Shown piece after piece: positions 49,622-63,648 of a stretch of DNA of 64,000 nucleotides (position 1 is its first letter; the number at the start of each line of letters is the position of its first letter). Source of the stretch: Antedon mediterranea (lineage: Eukaryota > Animalia > Echinodermata). Position numbers and translations under genes: made by a program. The DNA lies in the NCBI RefSeq assembly GCF_964355755.1, contig NC_092679.1, forward strand, positions 20,133,432-20,197,431, written 5' to 3'. A model generated the notes under the pieces. That model was not told the DNA's origin, ran no database searches, and saw only the letters and a program-made list of their open reading frames with translations.

Positions 49622-52600
49622 TTACAGCACACTTTCATTTTATAAACTTCTACACACCAATATAACAACACACAGAGCAAATGAATGTTTCTAGGAGCAC
49701 TATAGGCACACCTGCAATTTCCAACAGGCCTGAATAAAACCATCAAAAGTAGAACTAGCAACTTCAATTTAAATTTGCAATGAGATTTTTATATTCTTTG
49801 AGAGATAACATTGTATGTTTAACAATACTAATGACACTGAAAAGGAACTCAAATAATAGACTATTTGTGTTGCAATAGATAGTCAAGTGTGCATTTGCTA
49901 TGAAATAAGAAACAAAACAAATAATGAGAAAAGAAAGACAATGTAATTATTCAACAAACACTGTACTAAACTAACTTAAAGAATTTAATAACTAGTTACT
50001 TTTACTTCCATGTTTTTTAATCAGTTCTTTCATCTGTGTGTCTGCAAAGACATATTTTGTCTATTTACTTTTTTGTAAGTCAGGTTGTCCATTCACAATC
50101 TACACATAAGTACAGTATCAATGGGTTCCAAGATATTCTTCGAAAAAATTCTGTCAATACTTTGTATGTTGTCGCAAGAATATTCAGCATTAACCATATA
50201 GGACTTTCATATACTGTATATGATTGAGTTTAATCCCATGTTCCAATATGATCATCTTCCAACCCCCCCCCCCCCCCCCTCTCACCTCCCCCAACCACCA
50301 AATTCCTTATGGTAGATCCATTGTTGAAATCAGATTCTAGGATTGGGTGTCAACAGTGTTGCTTACAAACAAATAAAATAGGTATACCCACAAAAATTAG
50401 GCTGGGTAAAAGTTTTTAAAATAGGCTTTGGACTGGGTGTAATATATTGGCCAACTTTCCACCCACCCCGCTCCATCAAAATGATTGTATCCACGCTGTA
50501 CCTATGTATGACCCTTCATATTATAATTGAGAGACATCATCTTATTTTTATCAGTAAAATATACAGTAGGTATAAATGATCTAGTAATAATGACGATGAT
50601 GATCATGACATTTAGAAAGTATAACCTTCAATTGTGGAAATGTTTTTGTTGTTTTACTATTTTTAACCTTGGGAAGAGTCAGAAATTCCAATAATAATCC
50701 AGGATAAAATACTACATTTAATGTAAAAATAAACAAAACCGTTTTATTTTTAATAACAGCTTTTGAGTAGAGAAATGTCACATAAAGTTTGATAGTGTAG
50801 ACAGAGCTTTATTACGCGACATTTCGTCTTGTTTCACAACAAAGTGTTTTTTTAGGGATGTCTCAAGAGGGCTTCTACAGTACCTTCAGAAATCATTTTT
50901 TTCAGATTAAAAATTTTTTATGATGATTTCTTCAACTGGCAATGCAGTCTTTAAAACTAAAAAATTAAGGTGTTGAATCGTGAAACCTTTAAATACAAGG
51001 CTATAGCAATCCACTACGGTATTATATCACAATTACTTCCTTTACTAAATATATATTTAGATAACAATTGGGAACCGAATATATTCTTATTATTAAAACT
51101 CCAATTACTTCCTAGTAAAGGTAGCTGTTGGGTAATTTTTTTTTTGGTGTGTGTTCTTTCATGTTAGAATGACTTTTAGTATAATTTAACGTGCTATTTA
51201 AAAATTTCTTTTATTGTATTCCACTTTTAAAATCTTTTTAGTGGTACTTTTTAAAAGATTTTTATGTTCATCAATATTTTTAAATAACTGTACATTTTAA
51301 TCCTTTATCTTATGTTTATATCTCACTCTAAATTACCCAGCAATAATAAATGAGATGTATAATTAAATTTAGAAAAATAAAGTGTTATTTTTTTAAGCCA
51401 CTTGAATGTGGGTGGTGATGTGTGCGACACCTTAACACCAAGTCCAAAGTCCTGTGGACACTTCTTACCGAATAAGATTTTAATCTTATCAAAGGTCTAG
51501 TACGTTAGGGCATTAATAATGACACAATGACTTCAAGGGAACCCATGAGCAATAAATCTGTAACTAAAGTCTATATATTGTTCCTTTGAGCTATTGACTA
51601 AAGGCAAAATGGAATAAACCAAAGAAAAGAAATTAAGACTAATGAAATTCCAGAATATATTAGGTTTTTATTATTGTTAATTCAGAGAGTACTATGATAA
51701 TATTAACTTTACTATTAATAAATATTTAATTTAATATTTTAACTTTAAAATATTGTTTTCCTAATAACAAAGTATATGATTTCTTTTCATAAATAAAAAT
51801 AAAATTTTTTGCTGCTGAATTGGTTTTGTAGTTAATGTTTCATATCTTGAAATTTATATATCTATCTAGAAAATCTAGAAACAAAAAAATTACACATAGG
51901 AACATTTCATAACTTATCCTGAAATGAGCTAAATTATACCATGAAGCAATAATATAAGTATTTTTACCAACAGTTACCCTTGATATTACTATATATATCT
52001 AATTTAAATTATATAAACTTAACAGTCAAGGTTTGTTTTACTATGCCATACAATTCATTATCTTTTAAGGTGAACTTACTTACAACTTGCTATTGTCCAT
52101 TTCAGACAATGGACATAAAATCTGTTTAAATCTCTTCAGACTTAATCTCAGAGAAGATGCTTAACCAAACAATGGGTCCTTACCTGTGTCAAAGACTGTC
52201 CCCTTTTGTTCCTCGTCAACAGGTTTTTCCGTGAGCTTCTTGTGCCCGCCAATATACAGCAGCAAGTCACAACTGTAGGTTCTTCAAAAACTATAAAGGA
52301 GATAAGAATATTTGTACTGTGTCTGGTTATTTGCATATTCACCAGCTGTTACAAGTGCGGCAATGTTTTCGTTATCACTTCAGAGTAACATCTTGGCGAT
52401 ACAATCGTTTCTTATTGACTCTAAACGTTTATTTTTAATATCAACATCTAATTAGGGATTCAGAGAGATAGACCTCCCATTATTGTTCTTAAAATAATTG
52501 AACGACCATCTGAGGAGATCTTTTCTTCCTTCCATATGGTGATGACTTGGTATCATCAAATATTGCCTCAGTCTTTGCTCTGTTGTATTCATTAACAAAG

Positions 52601-52829
52601 CCTTCAAACTATTATAAACATGTAATTAATACATTAGTTGCAAGTTGTCATCTACTTCCATATTCCATATTGTTTTTGAATGCCACTGTTTCAGAGCGCA
52701 ATCAATATAATATTGAGAAGGAAAGTAAGAAACAGCTTGTCTAAATATGGTTGAGAATTCTGAATAAACTATATCCAAAAAAAGCAATAACAAGGAGTGA
52801 CTGTTTTGATATAGAACATTTTTATTTAA

Positions 52830-53110
52830 GGATGTATTGTCCCCTGAAAAAATAATTGTTGTTGTTAAATATGCCATTTTAATGTCACATTATAGAATAT
52901 CCACTTTGAAAAATTGAATGGAAAAAAAACTTTAAAAAAATAATCAAATTTTTGATTGAATTTGACCACTGTCATTTTATATGAGAAAAACATTTTTTAT
53001 TTTTTTTACAGAAGGGATTAACTTTATTAAAACTACAAAATAACCTATTCAAGGTTATATTTATGATTTAAATAATCTTAATTTTTCATGTTTTTTGGGG
53101 ACAATACATC
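52830..53110. mobile_element. Non-autonomous TIR element with TTAA flanks (Kolobok-like)
   Basis: TTAA|GGATGTATTGTCCCC ... GGGGACAATACATC|TTAA. Confidence 0.65.
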
Positions 53111-54777
53111 TTAACTTCAAATTGCCATGTAAATCAATGTTTTTTTTAATGTATTCAATTCAATATTAAAGAAGTAATATCATTCCATAAATTGTATTTA
53201 AAGGAAGATGTATATATAAATAAAATGCTTAAATATAGCCAATAATTGTTATTTTCCCTTTAAACCTAATGATAATATACATTTTAAGTATACACAAACC
53301 AGCCAGTGACTATATTTTGCATTGCTAAAGTATGTTTTTTAACACCACACATTCAAATGTGCAACTGATAAAAAAAAGTGCATTTACCAATAAATTATTG
53401 TATATTACATGGTTAAAATTAATAGTGTAGAGATGTTCTGGTCATAAAAATAATTATTCTAATTATATAGATATTGTTTGTTTTGCGTATGTGTTTTACC
53501 TAAACAGTTGCGTCTATACCGACATCTTTATTGCGTTTACACTGTACACATACGATGATACGTTTATTTACTTATTTAATTAGAAAACTAATCATGCACA
53601 AGCTAATGGAAATGTCTATTCAAAGTGAAGTGGCATAGAAATAAAACAATATTGAGCAAATTAATACAATATTTAATAAAAAGCAAATCAAATTATAATT
53701 TGATAGATTTAATAAAAATTACATGGATTGAATGTTTGTTACTGTATCGGTATTTTAATATGTTATTTTGTTTATTCTTGTATGCTTTATTTCACACAAC
53801 ATTTATTTTATTTCATTTTAAGTTATTACTTGGACGCATCTTTATCATCAAAGTGTGCCACTGTTGTAAAAGTGAAGTTTCCAATAAATTATTATTATTA
53901 TTATTATTATGTTAATTTCTATATGTAGATATTTTAGTATTAAAATAAGAATTGTTTGTATGTATATTTACTATGAAATTTTTTAAAGACAAATTAACAT
54001 TCAAGTTAAAAAGTAAAGTATACAATATTAAGAAGTGTAATTAATATTTTCTAATATGTCAATAACTCATAATTACTAATAGAGAAAGTACAAGAAAGAT
54101 ATCCTAAAAAATAAATAAATAATTATAACTAAAAATGCATCAAATACAAAATATAAATACAAAAATTGAAATGTTTAACTACAAATTATCAATTTGATAA
54201 ATGTAATAATATAAATTATATTAAATAACTGTATATGTATTTAAAGTATGTATTTCATTCATTTTATTTCAACTTTTATTTCGGAAAAAATAATAGAGAG
54301 TACAATATTGCATTGTACTGTATTTAAATAAAAAATATACAAGAAGAATTATTATTCTTATTGAAGAAAACCCAAATAATACCTGTACAATAAATGATAA
54401 TATTAAAATGGTTTCATTTAAAGAAAAAAAAGCAAAAATTAAATTATTTTTAATAAATTGAATACAAATTATATGAATTTAATAGGTGTGTTACAAGTAC
54501 TAACAAAATAAACAAATTCATTCATTTAAATAAAATTTACACTGTTTTGTGGCTTTAAAATAATACAGTACTAATTACTTAATATATGGTACATGTATTT
54601 CATTCTTTAAATTATTAGAGAAAAATAATTATAAAGTACTGTAAAATAATTTTTAAAAGGTATTCATTTGTCAATAATTCATAGTAATCTAGAATACCTA
54701 AATAGAAAAATGTATAAATTAAACAAAGATTGAAAAAAAAAAATAGAACAGAACAGTAAATACAAATTTAAACTCAC

Positions 54778-55080
54778 CAAAAATGTATCCCTGTATTTAG
54801 AAGAAGACTGGAAGAACTGAGCATCTCACCTACAAACAATATTCTTGAAGGAGACTTCCGTTAGCGCAACTCCTAACACAAGGAATGTGTGAAATCGTTC
54901 AAAAGTGATCACTCAATAACGTTAATGACAACACTTGACTAATAATATATTTGAATTATAATAATACGTGATTCATATCAAGTCCCTAGCGTTATGCAAC
55001 TTTTCCTCTCAAGCGTGTCTTTTGCACGGAACCTTCGCAACAACTGAGATAACTCTTGTTACGCACGACCTCATATAGGT
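54778..55080 (-). promoter_or_regulatory. Possible distal non-coding first exon/promoter of Prospero
   Basis: Donor TTG|GTGAGT at 54778/54777. The region is less AT-rich and contains CpG, in contrast to the very AT-rich sequence on the intron side. An Inr-like TCAGTT lies near 55045 with TATATG ~32 bp upstream. Motif-only evidence. Confidence 0.3.
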
Positions 55081-58000
55081 GCGAACATCACTGAAGATGA
55101 CACTCGAATAAACACAAAAATAAGTTTTTTTTACATAATTATTCCACGAGACTGGAGTACTGCTTTTTGATATAAAATTGGATAGCCTACTAATCGTTTA
55201 AGACTGTAATTGATTCAACCCACTTAAGTAGACTTACATATAGCTTGATAGTGTTACATTAACTCGTCTTGTTTTATTCAGATCCCTAAGGTGAAGACAT
55301 GTGCGTTAATGAGTGTAAATTGCTTTTACAGTATCTCAAAACTGAGGCTGTGTGTAATATTACCACTTCATCTCCAAGTTACTGTTTTCGGCACACAGCT
55401 CGGTTTGATACGGCAAGTATTCCCAGCGGATAGGTTAACATATCCGAAACATCGTCATCATATTTAATACTCCAAATGGCAAGTGTAAAATAAACTATAA
55501 AATATGATAACTTTGCTAGCAATGATATAAACAAAAATATGACATTTTTCGGAACATAAAAAGATATTTTTTATATCAGTGCAATAATGAAGTACGATTT
55601 TATTTTGCTATGGATTAAATCTAATCGCATTTTCCAGGAAATAAAATTTTGTGTTTTGATTAAGCTTTTTGGAAATTGTTGTATGGAATATAATAATATC
55701 AATTCAGAATATTGAAATTCATTAAACAATTAAAATTGTTTAATCTTTAATAATACCACTATTTTACTATCAAATCTATTAAGTACTGTATACTATTAGT
55801 ATTATGTCTGTGGTAGATATAAGCCTGCCTTTACCAATAACATTTTACAGTTTATTGCCAGAACTTCTGTATTTATGTTTAAATTCAGTAAATTTGTTAA
55901 TTTCAATTACTGCCAGACATTTAATTCTTTACACTGCCAGTGTAAAGAATTAAATTGCAGGTGAAATAATTTTATCTAACAAATTGGTTTGTTGTCTTTA
56001 ATTAATGTGACCATACAGTAGGTAATAAATAAACATATTGAATAGTTAAAATTCTATGGCATAATAATAAAGTAATACTGTAGATAATTGTACATTACAA
56101 AAGTTAAGTTTTTAACAAAGACAATTTTCACCTGACGTGCTATGCAAATTTATGAAAAAAAATCACATCCGCTTTACACACACTCATCTTCTGTCATAGT
56201 GAATACGGAAGAACCCTTATCAATGGGATGCCTTCATGAACCAACAAAATGTCCCTTTAATAGGGGTGTCTTCGTCATAATTTTAAAACATTTTGCTCCT
56301 TATTTGGTTCACTAGAGAACCAGTCTTACCTTATATCCAGGGATGTCCTCTTGAATCTTAATATTGTCTGTTAACAGGGTTTTCATTTTTATAGGGGTGT
56401 ATTCAAAATAGGGTGTGCCTGAAAAAGGCTTGTCTATAAAATAGGTTGTCCCAGAATATAAGTTATTAGTATGCAAGCAATTAGCAACATAAACAGAATC
56501 ATTAATTGCCAAATTTACATTTCAAAAAAAGTTTCTAAACATTAATGCTAATTTACATATTTTACATTAATCATGTCTCTTCATGTAAAACGATTTCATA
56601 AATTATTAATTCTCCAAAAATGTTAAATAAATGTTACTAAATTTTTTTCTAGACGCCCGGAGATAGCACCTGAGGCGTTTTGGCCTGTCGATTCTAGTCA
56701 TATAATTTATAGACGATATTTGATATACAGAACTGTTTTTTTTGCGCATAAAGCCTGTTTTTCCGTTTTTTGTCCGATCTTTAATGGTTTCTTTGTTCTT
56801 TCGACGTTGCTGCTGGGAGGACACACCATGGACGTGAAGTTTTGCAAAGCCAAAGCCGGTCACGCGCAGCCGGGCCCGTGTGAAAATTGAAAAAGTTACG
56901 GGTTTTGATGCTTCAACCCAGCCGGCCTACAGTAGGACATGTTTTCGCTGATATCTTAATCTAGGCTTTACAAACATTAAATTAAATTGTTTTTATATTA
57001 AAATTTAGTTTTACTTACACTTGTTATTTTGAAATATCAGACTTTAAAAGAGTACAAAAACATCGTCGCGTTGTAAAAAATCAAGAATTTTCAGCGCGTA
57101 CGTATTTTTTCACAAACAATGATGACGTAATTTACGAACTATTTGATTGGTCAGTCAGTTTTACCGATCGTAACGTTGAAGTTGAACTCGGTTCAACTTG
57201 AAAAAAAAATTGAAGATTTTAACGATTTTTAATGTTGATTTGTATCCCCTTTTCCTGTAAAATCGTTGATAAAATCGTATGTAAATGGGTGCATAATATA
57301 TATACTGTATATATATTACAAAAGGGGAGGCCGGGGCTGGCCCGGCACCCCCCCCTCCCTAAATCCGCCCCTGCTTGCCAGTTTATTTGAATGAAAGTGT
57401 ATTCAAGGGAGGATGTCCGTTGTTATTTTAAGAATATTTACTTTTAAATGTTTGGAGCCATTGCTTTGTTAGCAAATTGCATTTACTGAAGATGGAATAT
57501 GGTTTGAAAAGGTATTGTAGAAAATACTGAATATGCTGGTACTTGTGAATAAGAAAACAATAATAGAGTTTAAATATCTAATAGGATATTAAGAATATTG
57601 ATGAATATTGAGTCTCAATTCTATTAATTATTATTATTATTATTCAAGAACGTAGACTTTACCTGGTACTACTGAATACAGGTAGGCTTCTAATCAAAGA
57701 TCATAAATACGACTATGTCTAAAAGTTAAGAATATTAATATGAAAATGTGTTTGTATAGTATTATTTAGAAGAAATATTCATAGACAAATTCTGTTTATT
57801 TTCTACAATAAATAAAAACATAGAATTTACTTGGTACTACATACAGTTAGGATTCTAATTTTATATTTAGAACAAAATTATGATAGCTGGTTTAAGAATT
57901 TAATATAGAAATGTGTAATATTTAGAGGAAATCTTCATAGACAAGTTGAAATTCTGTTTATTTTCCACATGAATTAATAAAGTACTTGGTACTACATACA

Positions 58001-59233
58001 GTTAGGCTTTTATATCTACGACAAAACTACAATAGCTATTTACATAAGAAAATTAATTCAAATGTGTGTAGGCCCGAGTGTTATTTAGTGCAAGTCTGAG
58101 TTCTGTCATTATTTCCCACGATAAAATAGAACATGGAGTGTACCTGGAACAGTACTACATACAAGTAGGCCTCCAGACCAAACCAAACAAAATTTGAAAA
58201 TTCTTTTTATTCAATTGTCTATTTTCCACAATAATAAATATACAAAAGTACAGTGTATACATGAATATAAATATATGCGTTTCCCTGGTTTCATAGAATA
58301 TTTTAATCTTATGTGGGTGGGAGGTTAGAGAAGTCAAAAATAAGTTTAAACGTCAATACAGTATATTGTGCAATATGGCATAATGGATGGAATTAAGCTA
58401 CTTGCATAAAAACCAAACAGGGGGTGCAGCAGCTACTTTTAGACATGAGGCACTGCCCTCTATGTATCATCGAGACCACGAGGCGAGGAGTTAATAGCGC
58501 AGTGTGAAAAATTATGATCTCAGATTGTTGTACAATGGCTCAAATTATATGTCTTTTTGTTATATTTATTGTAGAAAACTTTTTATAAAGTCTAATCTGG
58601 AAGAAAATGTTGAAAATCTAGAGCATATCAATGTTAAACAGGAGATGAGTACAAAATATGCGAGTCTCCTGGCCACAACGGGATTGTTGGCTTGTATAAA
58701 ATATGAAGACATGGAGATGAATCACACTGTTAAACATGTAATAAACATAAATTCGTTTACCATTCTCTATATTCTTTCTCAATTTAAAATATGTAATTTT
58801 CGGATGGATAGAGAACATAAAATATAATTGCGAATTCACACGCTTAAGCTGTTTTTAAACAAGCAAGAATGAGAGATATATCTTATAATATGTCTTCCAA
58901 TTTTCATCTTTCTTTGAGATCTACTTTGAAAACAGTTTTCTTAATGTTTTTTCATGATTTGTTGTGAACAATTTAAAAAACAAATGAAGTGTAAAATAAG
59001 ATGATTTCACATGCATTTTAAAGGGTTGTGGTGTATTTGTAGACAGAAATAAGTTTAAAAAAGTACTTTATATATAGTTTCAACGTTGTAGTGGCAATGT
59101 GGTTAACATTGTTGCTTAATCAAAATAGGATCTTGGGTTCAAATCCTGCCACAGTACTAGGACTTTAATCCAAAATTTATTACAAGAAGCCTCATTGAAG
59201 CTTGGTTGCCAATACAATTAGAATGTAAAGCTG

Positions 59234-59358
59234 AGCTCTGTCTACACTATCAAATTAGTTTGACAAAAAAAGTGTGATGTGCCCAAATACGGTAGTGATA
59301 TGCTCAAATATGGTAGATGATGTTTTTTATCACATAAAGTTTGATAGTGTAGACAGAG
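59234..59358. mobile_element. MITE family A copy
   Basis: Family-A TIRs at both ends. Further partial copies lie at ~12298-12320, 50776-50808 and 60093-60215. Confidence 0.8.
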
Positions 59359-61379
59359 TACATATAGGTGACTAGAGGTGAGGATATCGATAGAAGATAA
59401 AGTAGAAAACAAATATAGAGATAAACGATTTGTGGAAGTTCAAATTTGAAATAGGTTAACAAATAAAATTATCTGTTATTATCAAGGGTATAGAAAACAG
59501 TAAGAAAGACAGTGACATATTTTTTGATTTTTTTCGTCCTTGACCAAAAGTTCTCAAATTATGTTTGTTAAGCTGTTGGTGCAAGGTAGACACTGGTCCT
59601 ATGCATAAGTTCATTCTTAAAATAGTGTGGGGATACTCTTCCGGTGTAACCAACCATTTCCTGAAGGCATTCTAGGTCTGTGATGTGTGTTATTAATATT
59701 TGTAATTTTGATATGAATTCACAATTCAGAATAGAAGCCTTGACCTTCTGTGGTTTTGAGAAAAAGAAACAGTTCCCCTTTAATTATATTATTTTGAATT
59801 TATACAAGGTTCGCCCAAAGAGCTCTTATCATTATTACCTTAATCCAGAGCACCATTCCTAAAAATAACTTAAGATGCGTGGGTAAATGGGCGTACAATT
59901 GAATGAAAAACAACTGAAAAGCTTATTCTGTATGCACTTATATAGCAAAACACATTAAAAACATTTTCACATTCTGAAAAACCCAAGCAGTGGTCCATCT
60001 AAAGATATCACGATTGAACGCTTCGTTACTAACCCAAAATGTCATAACCTTTTAAAAGTAGGGTCGACAGCACTGACATATTTGAACCAATTTGTGATGT
60101 GCCCAAAAATGGTAGTGATGTGCCCAAATATGGTAGTGATATGACATCATCGTGTCTGTATATGATCACATCACATTTTCATTGTCACATAAAGTTTGAT
60201 AGTGTAGACAGATCTCTATTGGAGCACTATTGATTAAAAGCCCATTCACATGGATTACTACTAAAAGAAAAACGCAGCAGTCCATTCTAAAGAAATCAGC
60301 CAGACGTATCTGGACATGACCCTCGACAAAATTCAGGGTCAATGACCTTGAATAACCTGGGTGGAAATTACTGACCAACACTTTTTTTTTACATTGTCTG
60401 CATTTCAAGATGGTAAATTATAAAAAAAATTTAATTGTTAATTACTTTTTAAACATTTTATTTTTATTTTGTCAGGCTTTCTCTTTCTTTATATATTTTA
60501 TTTAATTTATTCAATTTTGCGGTATGAAATCAAAAATCATAATAGAAAGTACAAAATCTACCAATTCTTACACATTTTTATAGTCAATCTTTTTTCGTCC
60601 TTTTTTATTTGACAAATTTGTTGTTATCCACACAGGTCTCATAATTTTAATAACCGCTTACTTGGCGTCGACAATAATTTCTTGCATCATGGCAGTTGAC
60701 ATAAAAACCAGTGATATCATAATAAAATTTCAATAGGATTTGTTTTGTAAATTTCTATTTATTCTCAGATTTACCTACTCACAAGGTGAAAGTAATTAAA
60801 TATGAAATTTAAATTATGATATTAAAGATCATTTGTGATTGATATTAGAAGTAAAATTAGTATTATAGTAATAATATTAATAGTGTCCTTGTACAGAGTA
60901 CACAACATGTTTTGGAATTCACGTAGCTTATAAAAAAAATAAAATCAGTAACAGACAGAACACAAATGAAATAATACAACGCACATTACAAAAGAATCTA
61001 TGCATAAAATAAAGCAGTTATATAGATCGTAAATTAATACAAATTTGTTCAGACAATGCCAACATTGGTATTAGTATTCACAGAAGATGGCGTCCACAGA
61101 TGGAAGGTCTCCCAGCAAATCTTAGGTGAATAGGAGCTTTATTGAATTGTAAACCAGTTTTTGTCTTGTGACATATTGTCTTTAAATATCAATAGTTCAA
61201 ATATTTAATAATTTATAAAGAATTGTGATTTATGAATTGGTAATTAATATTAAAATTTAAGAATATTATCTGATTTTTGTGGTAATAACCAATAATTGTC
61301 TTATTATTATCTAAATTATATACAAATATTTTTAATATTCAATATAATAATAATAATTATTATTATTAATTACCGAAAT

Positions 61380-61522
61380 AAAAAATGACAATGCTGTGGG
61401 CATCAGTGGCTTGATCTCAATAAGGATACAAATGAAATAAGCACTGAAAATAATGACAATGCTGTGGGCATCAGTGGATTGATCTCAATAAGGATACAAA
61501 TAAAATAAGCATAATGCTAAAT
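61380..61522 (+). repeat. Short dispersed repeat family (AAAATGACAATGCTGTGGG..ATCTCAAT..GATACAAA), tandem pair
   Basis: Two adjacent copies here. Other copies lie at ~39213-39300, 39370-39460 and 42823-42890, and inverted at ~46835-46920. Confidence 0.7.
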
Positions 61523-61724
61523 CAACATAGTAGATTCTGATTTGGTTTTAATTTTATTTAATATATTTCTAATAATTTTTTTTGTCTATATAACAGCTCT
61601 ACATTAATTTACAGTAATAAAAAGTTATAAATTAAAACATACACGTAAACGGTATGCATTCTGAGGCCAATAACTTCAATCAGAAATTAATTCATTAATA
61701 AATAAATTAAGTAATAACAAACAT

Positions 61725-62185
61725 AAAGATATGTTCACATCACTTGGTTGGTTAAACCTTTGTGATGTATTTGATCTCAAACAATCGTCTTTAGTGTTTA
61801 AGTGTTTAAATGAAGATGTACCCGAATACCTTAAATCATATTTTAAATTTTCTAATGAAAATCATGATCATTTTACAAGAAATAGTTGCAAATCACTTTC
61901 CCTAGAAAAATGTAGAACAGAGTACTATAAGCATTCATTTAAATGGAAAGGTGCTGATCCTTTTAACACATTAAGTGAAGAAACTAAATTGTCAAGTAAT
62001 TTAAATGTTTTCAAAAGTAACTTTAAGGCATTACTGTAGTTTAAGTTTTATTGTGTTACTGTTATTTTTATATTTTAGTTTAAACTGTACTATTGTACCC
62101 ACGGCCCTAAAAGGGAGACCAGTCTTTTTGACTGATTGGGCCACCCTGGTTAAATATTGTTATAAATAAATAAATAAATAAATAA
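61725..62185 (+). mobile_element. 3' fragment of an L2/CR1-group (Crack/Daphne-like) LINE
   Basis: ORF 61731-62039 (LGWL...VFKCLN..VPEYL...H.H.TRN......KCRTEYYKHSF...GA...N.L......NL..FK) matches the C-terminal region of LINE ORF2. It is followed by a 3' hairpin-like segment and an (ATAA)n tail. Confidence 0.8.
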
Positions 62186-63049
62186 AAAAACCTAATTTAT
62201 TTATTTTTAAATAATTAAGTATAAATGTTTAAATATATATTTAAATCTTTACTCATCGTGTTCATTGTATCATGACAATAATTAAAAAATAACAAACAAA
62301 CTTATTTATTTTATTTATTTTTTAATAATTTTATATAAATGTTTATTTAATATATTTAAAAATCTTTACTTGTGTGTTCATTGTATCATGACAATTACAC
62401 ACCAATCAACTACAGTATCTTAAGTAGAAATAATAGAGGGCTCACTTTATTTCTAGTTACTGTACCTAAAAACAACGAATCATATCACTTGTCATTTTAA
62501 TAAAGGGATCTTAAACAAATTGGTTTTTGATTATTTACACGTGTTAAAGTGATTGCCGAATGAAAACACACAATAATAAGGTCAAGACGTACAAAGTTAG
62601 AAAGAATCGGATGTTATGGGATTAAGAAATAAAAACATTTTGATTTAATCCATTTAATTTGATACATCCATTGTTGTTTTATATTTTATACATTGTTGAT
62701 TTTATAGTGTAAATTATATTGTGCAAGGTGAGTCCTCTTTTTCAGACGTTTCGGTGCAGGTGCTATTCAAATTATTTTTATAATTTTCATACTTCCAATA
62801 TTGTATTTGTGATGTTTGAATAATGTATTTGTATGGTTTTTTATGAATGAATGTAATTAATGTAAAGTGTATTTTCATTAAATTACAATAAATAAATAAA
62901 ACTGGATTTAAATTAAGAAATAAATGATTTAAGAAATACTGGCGGAAGTTCATAAATGAATGAAATATACAAAATATGTGCAATTTATACTTTAATATTT
63001 AATAATAATAATAATAATAATCATCATACAAATAAACAGTAATATGATA

Positions 63050-63648
63050 AACTAAAGGGTACTCCGAGAGTACAAACCTCCGCCTACTGTAAAATTCCTC
63101 TATATAAAATGCCCCCTGAATATTTTTTTTTAACATTTTTTTTTATTAGTTCTAAGTGTAAATATGTTAACTGCACACTACAAAGTTGTGGATGACAGTG
63201 TGGTGTAATGGTTATGTATCCAGCCTCTCACAGTTGAGGTCGCTGGTTCAAGCCCCACTGAGGGTTTTTTTTTTTTAATTATTTTTTTATTTTTTATTTT
63301 TTTTTTTTGGTGGACCTTGATCTTTGACCCTGACCCTTCAAAATGTAACCACAATTATATGATGTGTCATTGATCATTGTGGCTAAGTTTGGTGAGAATC
63401 GGATCAAAACTGTGGTCTCTAGACAGTAAAATAGTTTTTTGTTAGTTGTGACCTTGACCTATGACCTTTCCCCCTCAAATTCGAACACGTCCGAGCTTTT
63501 TGGGCATAGATCATTGTGTCCAAATTTGGTTAGAATCGGATAAAAACTGTGGCCTCCAGGCTGTTCACAGACACACACACAAACACACACACACAAACAC
63601 ACACACAAACATACAGGGGTGAAAACATAACCTCCTTGGCGGAGGTAA
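63050..63648 (-). mobile_element. Helentron-associated non-autonomous element (HINE/DINE-1-like architecture)
   Basis: Subterminal IRs ACCTCCGCC (63076-63084) and GGCGGAGGT (63638-63646), terminal hairpin GTACTC-cga-GAGTAC (63059-63073), a (CA)n microsatellite at ~63572-63612, and GACCTTGA repeats. Confidence 0.7.
63194..63264 (+). other. tRNA-derived (SINE-head-like) segment with Pol III A and B boxes
   Basis: A box TGGTGTAATGG (63201) and B box GGTTCAAGCCC (63245), followed by a T-run. The cloverleaf is imperfect. Similar heads lie at ~59088-59155 (+), ~16007-16045 (-) and 63965-64000 (-). Confidence 0.6.

Noticed and set aside
52140-52760. GC-richer island with short ORFs (including a minus-strand ...PYGRKKRSP... 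reading resembling a propeptide cleavage site)
   Set aside because: The frames are short and closed, with no signal peptide or consistent exon chain. It is more likely non-coding or decayed repeat sequence.
63194-63264. Functional tRNA gene
   Set aside because: Only 5 bp of acceptor stem pair, the anticodon arm is poor, and it is embedded in a repeat. Treated as tRNA-derived.
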